Source of the DNA: Octopus sinensis
Taxonomy: Eukaryota
Direction of reading: 5' to 3'
Assembly: GCF_006345805.1 (NCBI RefSeq)
Contig: NC_043005.1
Span: forward strand, 32,054,001-32,118,000
DNA: 64,000 nucleotides
Shown here: positions 1 to 12,125 of the stretch, in pieces
How positions within the stretch are numbered: the first letter of the stretch is position 1
Layout: each line of letters begins with the position of its first letter
Position numbers and translations under genes: made by a program
The notes under the pieces: model-generated
What the model was told of the DNA's origin: nothing
The model's database searches: none
Seen by the model: only the letters and a program-made list of their open reading frames with translations

Positions 1-1448
1 TTTGTCTTGAACATTGATAATGTTTTTAAATATTCCCATCTTATATGTATATTTTGTATTCAAGATTAAAGCTAAATCTGATGTACAGGGAATAAATAAT
101 TTAAAAGAAAAGGGAGCTGCTGTAAAAGTTTGTTAAAAATCATGTCTGTACTTAATCGTAGAGCTGTTTTTGTATCACAGTTTCTATTTTTAATTATCTC
201 CTATAATTCTGAGGATTAATGTATATTCAACAACAAGCTATTTCTGACACTGACTCTCCCACTTTCCAAAATTGATATTTGTTAAATAGTTTCAATTTTG
301 ATAGTTTGAGTTTGAAGTTAATTTCTGTTTAGCTAACATAAGGTGAATAGTGTTTGTATTAACTATAATTTACCAAATGGATGTTACATACGTGTGCGTG
401 TGTTGTTTTTAATGAAAATATATAGAGTTGTGACTTATATCAGATGTTGCTGTAGTAGGTTCTCTTCAGACTTAAGCATCTACTCGTGTTCTAAGAAGAT
501 CATTTATACAACCTTCCTTTCTTCTATTGACATAGCATTTTATTTCACAGTTAAGCAATCAATAGTAATTAATAAAACTATGTAAATCTACAACCCATTC
601 AATGACTGATGTCAGCAACTTGTCAGGATTGGGAAAAATTTTAATGTTATTTTCTTTATTGACTCTAAGCAAGTTACAAATTTTCTGTAAATTTATATGA
701 AATTAATTTCAAAACACACCTAAACTTGGGGCATTTTACAATTGGAGTTTCTAAAACATTTAAAGATATAACACTGGTCATGTCTGATTAAATTACTGGA
801 ATATTATAGGTTTTAGCAGCTTTGCTAAAAGATGAGCTTAAAATTTTTATTTTTTTAGGAAGTCCTAAAGTACATTCAAGAAAATCTAATTTTTGTTAAT
901 TAGTTGGCAATAGCTCCATTAATCATTGGTTAACATCCTGAATTATATGCACCACCACCAACTCTGAAACCATTTGTGTCAATTTGATTTGCTCTTTAAA
1001 TCCTCTCTGTGATTGTTAATTAGCATTAAACTCTTACTGATGCCACAAAAAGAAGCTCCTCCATAATTGTATAAAGTGGTTGGTAATAGGAAGGGTATCC
1101 AACTGTAGAAATCATGCCAAAGCAGAAATCAATACACAACACAGTAGCCCAGCTCATCAGATCCTGTCACACTGTCTAACCCATCCCTCCATGGAAGATG
1201 GACATTAAATGATGATGATGATGATGTACACTACTTGAAATACAAAAATCTTACCAGAACTACGGAACAGAATTATTTTGTTAATACTTTATATATTACA
1301 ATATAAAATACTTCATATTTCTGGTGCTCAAGTATTTTTTTTTAAACAAAACATTGCTAGCTCTTCTGTTTCAGTTGAATTATCTTCCTCTTTTTTTTCC
1401 CCCTCATTTTTTTTTTTTCTTTCTTTAACCCCCTCCTCTATTTTAAAG

Positions 1449-1570
1449 CTGGCTGAATCCAAAGTTTTCATTGCTTCGTCTGTGCAGAGTGTCCCACCTA
1501 CTGAACCCTGTGCTGTAGCCCCGTCAGGTTCACCAGCCATGAACGATGCAACTAATACCAGTCTCTCAAG
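1449..1570 (+). CDS. UBAP2L: UBAP2L coding exon (LAESKVFIASSVQSVPPTEPCAVAPSGSPAMNDATNTSLSR)
   Basis: Long pyrimidine tract + AAG acceptor, AG|GTAGGC donor, phase 0/2; resembles the LSETKIFTAS segment of vertebrate UBAP2L and joins in frame to 23797. Confidence 0.8.
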
Positions 1571-3199
1571 GTAGGCTAAAAGTTTTAACTTTCCTATAAC
1601 CTCTTTTTTTAAAAAAATTTCTAATAAAACATTGATGCTTTCAGCTTGGCCTCTGCTATTGCTAACCTGTATCATCACAGATTTAACTCCTTCAGTACCA
1701 TCCTAGCTTTTTGCATAGTCCCCACCCCCTTAGAACACTGGGCATCAGTTTGAAAATGGCTGTTTCATGCATGATATGTTGGGTTTTGGTGTGCTACTTC
1801 CAGTTTCTTTGTATTTTTCTCTATTCTATCCTGCAAAAAAATTTTTGATACAGGAATATTTTAACAAGTGTTCATTAAAGAAATTTGATTTCCTAATGAA
1901 TTAGAATTATGAAAATAAGGTTCTTGCACATGGTAAGCCTATGCTTGTGTGTCTATTTAATAATGACTTAAGTGTGGAGGGATGAACTGTGTCTGTGGCC
2001 TTCGCAGGCCCTCCAAGATATTTTTCCTGAAATATTACTGCAGCAGGTGTTAAATGTTAGAGGCGTGTAGCTGACTACTTTGTCATGGAAGTCAGAGAAA
2101 AATAACCATGAAAAAAATGTTATTGAATTTTATTTGACCTTGTGACAAATATAATTATTGATGACAAAATTAATTGCCAAAAATATTAATTCAGAATGTG
2201 GAGAGAAGAAAAAAAATGTTTGATGTATTCTAAATGTTTTACAATGTTAAATGTATGAGCAGAGTTCATTTCAAAAAATCCTTTTTATTTTTTATTATAT
2301 TATAAAGTTTCAATTTTTCCCTTTTTCAAACAAAATGGTTTACAAATTTTATTTGCAACCATTTGCTGTCAATTCTTTTGTTTTTTAATATTTTTGCTGG
2401 TTTCACTTCAGAAGACAAACTTGACTAATTTTCAAAATAAGAACAGCAAAGTTTGAGATTTATGTGCATTTTAGATTTTCATGTGAATTTGTTTACACAA
2501 AATGGGTAGAGTTATGAAAATATTTGAAAAAAACTACAAAAATCCATTCACACTTGCATAATATTTACTAATCCTACTTTGATGATTAGCTATTGGAGTT
2601 TGTGTGTGTGTTTGCATTTAAATAGGTACTAATTTTAGCAAAAGTTCATGCTGACACCCAAATGATAACACTGTTTCAACTGAGCTGTTTTGACAATCTT
2701 CGAAATACTTTAATATATTTACTGCCATTAAAATGGGAATGTTTTACTAACATATCCCAAATAAGTAATAGGTACAGAAAAAAAAACTCTTCCAGATTAA
2801 AAAGCAATTCCAAATAGATTTCTTAAACATTTCTTTTACAGTATTTAGATTGGTTGTTTTGTAGGCTTTGTAAACAGTCTAAACACAACAAGATCATGCT
2901 TTTGATTAACCCTTCACACACACATACATACACACACTGAGTTATACATTTGTTGCTCAAAATGTTGAAAATATCAGCCAAAACATTCACCAAATGTAGA
3001 ATATCATAGTATATGTAGCACAGTACTAACATGGCAAGAACACCATAGTAATTTATTAACAACTGATCTGGGACAACACCTAAGGCCGTTAAATAGATAC
3101 TCAACCTGTTAGATACAACAGTCAAATTTCTCTTGAAGCACATGGAACTGTGTTCATGCTAAATTTTGCAAAGGAAAAGAAAGCACAATATCCCATCCA

Positions 3200-3830
3200 A
3201 AAAATATCAACTAGATTGTGGCTGAGAGATGATAGTTTACAGTAGCTGCCCTCAGCTTCTGCCATAGCCTTAAAATGCCCTCAGAGCCTGGCACATTCAT
3301 TCCTCACTGTGTCCCTAGGAAGGTTTTCGAAACCTTGATTTTGGCCACCAGATTGTCCTTGATGTCTTTTTCAACCATGGTCCACACATAGTAATATACG
3401 GGATTGTAATTGAGATAGGGGAGGGTTAGGAGGCCACAACAACCACTTCTCTTTTCAGGGGTATGGCAAGGAGCTGAATCCTGCCGTCACATGTACAGCA
3501 TTCCAGCAGCTCCACGAAGCCATCTGAATTGAGCCTAAGGCCATGTTCAAAGATGTGGGGATGAATCCAGCATTTAGATGTCACCAGAGTGCCTTCTCTG
3601 TCACTTCTTACTGGCCATATCTTTGTAGTGTCCGTTGTAGCTGTTTATATCAGTATCTTTCAGCTTTTACAGTATTCACAAAGCATTGAACAGCAGTCAT
3701 GATTTCAACATTTTGATACCTGGCATGAATCTTTTCCAATATTCAGATGGCTTCCAATTCTCTGAGCTAACTTTTTCTCAATTGTAACTTCAATCTTTAT
3801 ACTTTCCTAATGTTTACTAATACATCAAGC
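3200..3830 (-). mobile_element. Degenerate Tc1/mariner-superfamily (maT/DD37D-like) transposase fragment
   Basis: Minus strand gives PHIFEHGLRLNSDGFVELL, a decayed WPPNSPDxNPLDYYVW box and LVAKIK...EAEGSY. Confidence 0.6.
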
Positions 3831-4194
3831 TCTTCCTGAAAATAAGAGACATAGAAACTTGCCAAATTTAACTCAATTGCCCTAAATGTAGGAGATCAGT
3901 CTTACAAACTATGGAGAGTGCCTGTGAAGAAGGGTAAAGAGCAACTTATGAAATTCAAGGTTTGGCCCACCTCCTCGGTCACACATGTTTGTGAATTCAT
4001 TTTACATTTGTTTTTCCATTAGACAAAATGTATTATTGAAGCATTGCTTTATGGCTCATTTCCTTTCCTGTCACCCACATTTGTTTTTCAAGTAAAGAAT
4101 CTCTTACTTGACAAAGCTTTGAAAGTGCAGAGCCAGCTGGTAGTTTGTTGATAGGGAAAGGATAATATCAGTGTGCAGACTTGTACATATGTAT

Positions 4195-4385
4195 GTTTGT
4201 ATGTGTATACATACACAAAAGGCTTTATACAGTTTCTGTCTACCATATTCAATCATAGCAAGACAGTGGTCAACCCAGGACAATAGTAAAGGACATTTGC
4301 TTCACTGTGCCACACAGTGGAATTGAACATGAAACCGTATGGTTGTGTAGCAAACTTCCAAATCACTCAGCCATGCAATGTGAAG
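4195..4385 (-). mobile_element. tRNA-derived SINE fragment
   Basis: Reverse complement of the head/core seen at 7828 (tctaccaaattcac..., actcagcc). Confidence 0.55.
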
Positions 4386-4888
4386 GTATGCATAACCTTA
4401 TTAAAATAATGAGCAGAAACTGGATTTTTTAATTTTTTATATATTTTTTCCTGGTAGTATAAATTAATGAAAAGTTTTTTTGTTCCACCATAAATTAAAA
4501 ATTTAAAAGCCAAGTAAATTTAAGAAAGTAATTACAAAAACTGTTTCTTCTTTGGGAATATGTAGAACGTTTGCCAAGTGTTTCAGTTGAGCCTCACTGG
4601 AAACATAACTCACTCTTTGTGACCATTCTAAGATGATTGACAGAAAACAGAGAGAAAGCTGTGCTACTGATAGAATTTCACCTTTTCTTAGTTACAGGTG
4701 GATGATAATATTTTTCCAATTGTGTTGTAAGATGTGTTCAGACCTACAGATGGTTCCCTTGCTTTTAGAGCTTCTTATAATTTGTTATAGAGTAAAAGAA
4801 AAAAAAAAGTTTACAATATTCATATTTACTACACCAAGTATCACCACCATCACCATTTATTAGCCTATCATTAACTGTCATTATCAAA

Positions 4889-5719
4889 AAGGTGGTATCA
4901 AAAAGTTTTCCAAACTAGTTCTGTAGTATGCCAATAGATTGTAGCACAGAGTTGCGTGTGCACTGAGGGCTAGCAATGACCTTCATGAGGCAGTGTGCCA
5001 AGTGACATCACTGTGTTTACTTTCACAAGTTGTGAAATTTGTGTTATGATCCCATGTATGCTGTAGTCTGCAATTTTGTCATGGACAGAAACAAAGAACC
5101 AACTTGAAATATTGGGAAGTCTGCTACAGAGTCATTGAACAAGCTTATGGTGACAAGGCAATGGGTCATACGCATTTCAAGTGGCACAGGTACTTCAAAA
5201 GAAAAAGAATATCCCTGGAAGACCTGCCACAAGCATCATCCCCCAGAAATGTGGTATTCTGCATTGAGAATTTGTCCCCCAGGGCCAGACCATCAATTGA
5301 GAGTTCTACATTTTGGAGTGTTTGAGGGAGGACATTCAGCTAAAGTGACCGGATATGTGGAGCACAAAGAATTGGATTCTTCACCAAGTTCTCTTTGTGA
5401 ATTTCTCGCCAAAAACAACATGGAATTGTTTCTGTACCTGCCCAATATAGCACCTGCGGACTTCAATATCTTCCTCAAGAGAAAATGCAGCTCAAAGGTT
5501 GTCATTTTAACACTGTTGTTGAGATCCAGAGCTAATCACATGAAGGTTCTTGACTCATTTAAGGAAAATAACTTCCAGGCTGGATTCCTATAGTGGCAGA
5601 AATACAGGGACCAGTGTATTGCTGCAAAAGGTGACTATTTCAAAGGAGATTATGTTAAAACTGAGGTAAATAAGTTTTCATTAAACAGAACTAGCCTGGG
5701 AACCTTTTGATGCCACCTT
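4889..5719 (+). mobile_element. Internally deleted mariner element
   Basis: Imperfect ~35-bp TIRs (4889-4924, 5685-5719); HTH remnant EQAYGDKAMG..FKW and decayed SPDLAPxDF box. Confidence 0.8.
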
Positions 5720-6085
5720 CTAATTGGTTCACTATATAACTGCTGTTCACTATTTTTATAAACATGGAAGACATGATTACTATTGTCTATCTCTCTGTAG
5801 TTGCTAGAAAATATTCTTTCTACCTTTGCACCTCCCCCCCTCTCCGGAAATCCAAAGATGGCATTTTTCTACTTGAGAATCTCACATGAATATAGACACA
5901 GAAACTATCACAATTTTCATTAAAAATCTTTGGTGCTAGTTATGGGCACGACACATTTCATATTACATTGTACTATTGCTGATATCCTTTCTGCTTGAGT
6001 AAAAGTCATCCACACAAGTGACACCCCTCCATCTGCTTCACAGACCTAAACTTTTACACTCTAAACTGTGGGTTTGATTGCTATA

Positions 6086-6651
6086 TCAAAGGGAAATGGA
6101 AAATGAATTAAAATTTTCACTTCCAGTGGCCTAATGTGTAAAAATTTAGTCCCAAAAGACTATGAATTAGTCATAATATATAGTGTACATTTAAACACAT
6201 AAGGAATCCACTCGTGGAATTCAACATGCTAGAAAGAACAGCTAGGTTCCATAACCACAAAAATTAGGGATAAAATTCGACAGGAATGAAATGAAAAATA
6301 AAAACATTTTACCATCAAGTTTATATATTTAACCCAAGGTATACCTGTTGAGGACAATTTCACCTCATGAGCAAATATTATTTGCTTGCTAAACAAAAAT
6401 CAGAAACCAATTGGTCCAGGAAATTTGATGGTAAAATGTTTATATTTTTCATTTCGTTCCTGTTGAATTTTAATTTTTGAGGTTATGGAACTTAGCTGTT
6501 CTTTCTAGCATGTTGAATTCCACGAGTGGATTCCTTATGTGTTTGAATGTACACTATATATTATGACTAATTCATAGTCTTTTGGGACTAAATTTTTACA
6601 CATTAGGCCACTGGAAGTGAAAATTTTAATTAATTTTCCATTTCCCTTTGA
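6086..6651. mobile_element. Fold-back MITE, ~237-bp inverted arms, TA target-site duplication
   Basis: 6086-6322 is the reverse complement of 6421-6651 (3 mismatches in the outer ~170 bp); TA at 6084-85 and 6652-53. Confidence 0.8.
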
Positions 6652-6654
6652 TAT

Positions 6655-6694
<40 letters not shown>

Positions 6695-6724
6695 CTGGAA
6701 ATGTCTCTGACCTTTATACCTCAC

Positions 6725-6910
6725 ATATATGCACCACCTAAAAAGCACCCAGTATACATTGTAAAGTGGTTGGCATTGGGAAAGTTGTCCAGCCATAGAA
6801 ACTATGCTAGAACAGACAATTGGAGCCTGGTGTAACTCACCCGCTTACCAGTTCCTTTTGAACTGTCCAAGCCATGCCAGCATGGAAAATGGATGTTAAA
6901 TGATGATGCA
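6725..6910 (+). mobile_element. RTE LINE 3'UTR tail
   Basis: aaaaagcacc..agtggttggc..ccatgccagcatggaaa..gttaaatgatgatg. Confidence 0.75.
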
Positions 6911-7827
6911 GCTATAATACAGCCATGTACATTTGTTAATCCTTGGAGGCTTCTAAATGGCCTTCATTAAATACAAGACGAAAAGGTTTAAAATTATCCA
7001 AACATGTACATGTCTTCTGGCAGCATAGCTAATGGCCTCTCCAGTGATCATCTGGAACAGTTGTGATGAGATAAACAAATCAAAGGAATCAGTATGTTTT
7101 AAATTAATCACCAAGACTGAGTGTCTTGTTCTTCCCCCACCCAAGAATGGATTCCTTTTCCATTATTCCGAGTTTTCACCATTAGAAATGAGTATTTTAT
7201 TCAGTAAACCTTTAGTTGTGTTTTTCAGTTAATATAACCATTAAAAATAAACACTAACACCAGTAACTTCAAAATCAGTCGCTAAATTGAAAGTTTGTGT
7301 TCATTTTTAAACGAGATTTTTATAAAAGTAGTGGGGGAAGTCTCCAAAAAGTAAAGGTTAGCGAGCGGAAAATTTATATGTTAAGAACATCAAACAGCAT
7401 AAGCTAAGAATTCAACAAATGAAATCAAGTGTTATGTGTAGGTTGGTAACATATGATCAAGCTATTTTCTTTGGACCTTTATCTCACCCCTAAGACTTGG
7501 TTATTTCACATATAACTAGTACAGTGAACTTTATACAGTATTTATAAAAGGCATTGTGTAAAGGTAAATTCATTAAATAATGCTTCACCTTCTTCAAATC
7601 TCAAGGTATTGCTTTGCTAAAGAAACTTTGAAAGCTAGTACTAAGTAATCCACTCTCTAGTTGTATGAAAGCAAAACTTGATTACTGTCTTTATACATTG
7701 CTGTTCATTTCTATAATTGAAACATTTAAATCTTGTTTAGTATTCCAGATCAGCCTGTTATCTCTTTTCTCAGTTGTTATATTTATAATCAGGCCATTTG
7801 GCAACATATATAAAATAATATCCACCT

Positions 7828-8215
7828 TTGTATGGCTGTGTGGTTAAGAAGCTTGCTTTCCAACCATATGAGCTCAGGTTCAGTCCTACTGTATGGTATC
7901 TCACGCACGTCTTCTATTATAGCTCCAGGCTGACCAAATCTTCATGAGTGGATTTGGTAGACAGACTTAAAGAAGCCTGTTATGTATATGTATGTATATG
8001 TGCATGTACCCTGTCCTTATGACATCATGTGATGGCAAATGTGCATCACAATCGGGTGATGTTTTTCCCAGTCTTTCATAAAAAAACGTGTCTGGTAATT
8101 GGGAAATATCTTGCTTGGAAACAAGTGAGGATTGGTAACAGGAGGGGCATCCAATCTGTTTAATGAATTATGTCTGATCCATGAAAGCATAGAAAGTGGG
8201 CATTAAATGCTGATG
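7828..8215 (+). mobile_element. tRNA-derived SINE with RTE-like 3' tail
   Basis: Head ggctgtgtggttaagaagcttgc..ggttcagtcc, core gagtggatttggtagac, tail gggcatcc..catggaa..ttaaatg. Confidence 0.7.
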
Positions 8216-8914
8216 CTCATGTACTCATTAAAACGTGACATCTTCATTTTTGAAGGCTTCATTGTTCATATTTAAGTGTTTATTTAGTCTACATTGTTAC
8301 TTTGTTAACACTTAAAAAGATACTGTCTAAATTATAAAATCACTGGCGCGCAGGGGGAGGGTGTTATTTGTTTCTTTTCCCCTGGTTCTGTAATAACAGC
8401 AATGTAAAGGATCCTTGAAAGTTTGGAGGTTAATACCAGTTATTACACTGAGATTTAATTTGCCAAAAAGATAGTTCCGGTACAGTACTGTTTATTTCTC
8501 TTTAATTCCAGATTGTAACATTTAAGATATAAACTTTACTGTTAGTTCTCTCTTATTTTAAGAATGAGAATGCTTTATAATTCCACCAGAAGCTTAGAAA
8601 TAATTTTAGTAAATTGTGCCTACATTTATCTAACTGTCCATACACACACAAAGATACATTCATCATCAGCTCATAATATAATGAAATCTATTTGATAGGT
8701 ATTTGGTATCTATATCACCCCATCTATTTAACATCTTTAGAATTATTCTCTCTTTTGTACAACTCTGCTAATCATTTATGGTTCAAATCGAATGAAGCTA
8801 CATTAGTTTTAGATCAGGATGTTGTTTTTAATATAACTATGGCACAAATAGTTTAATTGAAACAAAAATCTTTGATTTCAACAGGTACAAGCAAGACTAG
8901 CTAGACATGTAATA

Positions 8915-10498
8915 CAGTGGGGGGGGGATAAGTATTCGTACACATCAAAATTCTTTATTTATTTAACTTCTAATGAACATAAATGGGATATACCATTACT
9001 ATAGTTGCATACACATGCATAAACTAAGAATATGCAAAAGAAACTAGTAAATTATAGTAACTAAGGAATTTATATTCAATTATAAATATTTAGGAGTGAA
9101 AAATGTATTCGTACAGAACATAGATAACTGATAATTCTGATTTAATACTTCGTAGCATAACCATTATTCAGTTCCACTTCACCTAATCTCTTCTTGTAGT
9201 TCTTAATCAATGACTTGCATGTTTAGAAATTTTTTCCCATTCTTCTTGACAAATTTTCTTCAAATCTGCAATGCACGTTGGGGCTCTTGAATGAATTTTA
9301 ATTTTCAAATAATGCCACAAATTTTCAATGGGGTTCAAGTCAGGTGACTGGCTTGGCCATTCTAATAATTCTATATTGTGATCGACAATCCATTTTATGG
9401 TAGACTTCGCTGTGTGCTTAGGGTCATTATCCTGTTGTAAAATCCACCCTTCACAAAGCTGGAGCTTTTCTACAGAGTCCCATAAATTATTGTTCAAAAT
9501 ATTTTAGTACATCTCTGCATTCGTTTTACCATCTATCACATGTAAATTGCCAGTACCATTTGCAGAGAAATGCCCCTACACCATGATGTTGCCACCTCCA
9601 AACTTTACGCTAGGAATTGTGTTTTTCGGCGAATAGGCAGTACCATCTTTCGTCCAAACCATTCAATTTTTGGCTCGTCTGTCCTTAGAACATTTTCCCA
9701 GAATGTACCAGATTTATCTCTATGTTCATAAACAAATTTTAAACGAGCATCTCTATGCTTTTCATCAACAGCGGAGTTTTTCTAGGAGAGTGTGACTTCA
9801 GTTAATTTCTATGAAGTTCATTGCTGATTGTTCGTAGTGTAACACTAGTCCCTGAAGCTAACAAATCTTCTTGCAACTCCTTTCTGGTGATCATTGCATT
9901 TTTTTCGATTCTTCGCTTCATTTTTCTTAAAGATTTAGGGGGAAATCTTGCGTGGTGCACCAGATCTTATTGTTTTCAACAGTTCCTGATTTTTTATATC
10001 TTTGAATAAATGAACATATGGTAGAAAATGGAATACAAAGGGTCTCGGATATTTTCCTTTAATTTTTACCTGCTTTCCACTGTTCAAAAATTAAGTTTTT
10101 CACTGAATTTGTGAGTTCTTTACTTTTCACCATTATTACAATACTATTTTATGTTGTCTCAGTGCTGAGTGAAGCAGCTAGCATTTTGACACTTAAAAAT
10201 GACAACTGATAAGATTATTGGAACAAACGAGAAAGTTTAGTAAAAACAAAATTATTTTAACAGTATTTTGTGGCATAGAAAATCATAAATTTATTCTGTA
10301 TGAATATTTATTTCACCTCTAAATATTTATAATTGTATATAAATTCATTAGTTACTGTAATTTATTAGTTTCTTTTGCATATTCTTAGTTTATGCATGTG
10401 TATGCAAATATAGTATTGGTATATCCTATTTATGTCCATTAGAAATTAATTAAAGTATTTTGATATGTATGAATATTTATTCCCCCCCCCACACACTG
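8915..10498 (-). mobile_element. Near full-length Tc1 (DD34E) element with ~200-bp IR/DR ends; transposase pseudogene ~9142-10133
   Basis: TA|CAGTG start and CACTG end; MVKSKEL HTH start, QQDNDPKHT, WPSQSPDLNPIENLW, GYATKY*; internal stops. Confidence 0.92.
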
Positions 10499-11239
10499 TG
10501 TATATATATCATCATTATTTAATGTCTGCCTTCCATGCTGGCATGGCTGGGATATATATATATATAATATGAAAAAACAAAAGGATGATCATGCACAAAG
10601 CTAAAACATTTGGTGTAATACTTTTAGATATTTTAAATACTTTTACATTACATTGTTTTTAGGAGAAAATGAGAGGTGTAAGTTTTTAAGCATTATACTA
10701 ACCAAGGAAGACTGACATGTAGATACAGTTATGAGAATCAGATAAAGAGGTGAGTGTTGTAGATGAATGAAGGATGTAGGTATTGGATTATAAGACATGG
10801 AGTATTAAGTGCATTAAACTAACACAAGATAGAAAGGTATGCAAGGTAAGTAGAAAAATTTAATAGCCTATATAAGATATGCAAAGACATATATACATAT
10901 CTTTCTTTAAATCCTTTTGTCTTATTCTTTTTAATGTTCATCATCATCGTTTAACATCTGCTTTCCATGCTAGCATGGGTTGATGATGATGTTGATGAAT
11001 GTTGTGTAAAGAAATAGCTTATCAACCATTCAAGTTGGGATTTATATTTCTTAATAAATTGTTTATCTGTGATTGAGTCTGAACATTTCACTTCCAAAAT
11101 GCAACAATCTCTGGATTGTAACTGTGTAGGAAAATAATGGTACAAACTACAGATAATGAAAAATCATGAAAATTCCATTAGAGGGCATATGCTAACATGT
11201 ACTGGAATGGAGGTGATAGACTTTTAAATATTTCCATTC

Positions 11240-11375
11240 AGGTGCAGGTGTGACTATGGTAAGAAACTTGCTCCCAACCATGTGGTCTTAGGTTTAGTCC
11301 CACCATGTAGCAACTTTTGTAGTGACTTCCATTATAGCTCCAGGCTGACCAAACCCCTGTGAAAGAAGCATGCCC
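11240..11375 (+). mobile_element. tRNA-derived SINE 5' fragment
   Basis: Same head as 7828. Confidence 0.6.
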
Positions 11376-11379
11376 CACT

Positions 11380-11418
<39 letters not shown>

Positions 11419-11446
11419 GTATGTATATATATATATATATATAATA

Positions 11447-11945
11447 TCTCATCATCATCATTTAATGTCCATTGTCCATGTTGGCATGGGTTGGACAGTT
11501 TGACCAGAACCAGTCTGATTTGGCATGGTTTCTATGGCTGGATGCCCTTCTTAACACCAACCACTCCAAGAGTGTAGTGGGTGCTTTTATGTGCCACCAA
11601 CATGATGCTGGCATCAGCCACATTGCCTCCATGAAGCCCAACACTCAAATGGTGCTTTTTATGTGCCACCAGCACAGGTGCCACTTACGTGACACCAGCA
11701 TCAGCCACATTGTCTCTGTGAGGCCCAACGCTTGAATGATGCTTTTTACATGCCACTGGCACAGGTGCCAGTTACGTGACACCAGCATCAGCCACAACTA
11801 TGATTTCACTTGGCTTGATGGGTTTTCTCAAGCACAGCATATTGCCTAAGGTCTCAGTCATTAGTCATTGCCTTCCTGAGGCCCAACATCTGAAGATCAT
11901 GCTTCACCACTTTGTCCCATGTCTTCCTGGGTCTACCTCTCCCAC
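11447..11945 (-). mobile_element. RTE LINE 3' end (ORF terminus + 3'UTR with three hairpin units)
   Basis: Reverse complement encodes RGRPRKTWDKVVKHDL; (CAT)n tail at 11447-11460. Confidence 0.85.
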
Positions 11946-11969
11946 AGAGATCAGTATGTACCCCACCAC

Positions 11970-12125
11970 CATCTGACAACCAGTGTTGGCTTGTTTACAA
12001 CCTTATAACATAATTGTTTGGCAAAAAGAGAACATTCGATAGAATAAGTACTAGACTTAACAATAAATTTTGGGGTTGATTTGTTTGGCCAAGCCCTGTA
12101 AGACATGACTGCAGTTCAAACACTA
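11970..12125. mobile_element. SINE central-domain fragment, same family as 54425-54635
   Basis: gatagaataagtactagactt..ggggttgatttg shared with 54550-54600. Confidence 0.6.

Noticed and set aside
1328-1678. 116-aa minus-strand ORF with a KE-rich tail that looks coding
   Set aside because: Antisense shadow of the + strand exon 1449-1570; the KE-rich part is the reverse complement of the polypyrimidine tract
7063-7120. Possible intronic C/D snoRNA (GTGATGA...CTGA), looked for because vertebrate UBAP2/UBAP2L host snoRNAs
   Set aside because: No proper terminal stem next to the boxes and no recognisable rRNA/snRNA antisense element; an Infernal/snoscan search would be needed
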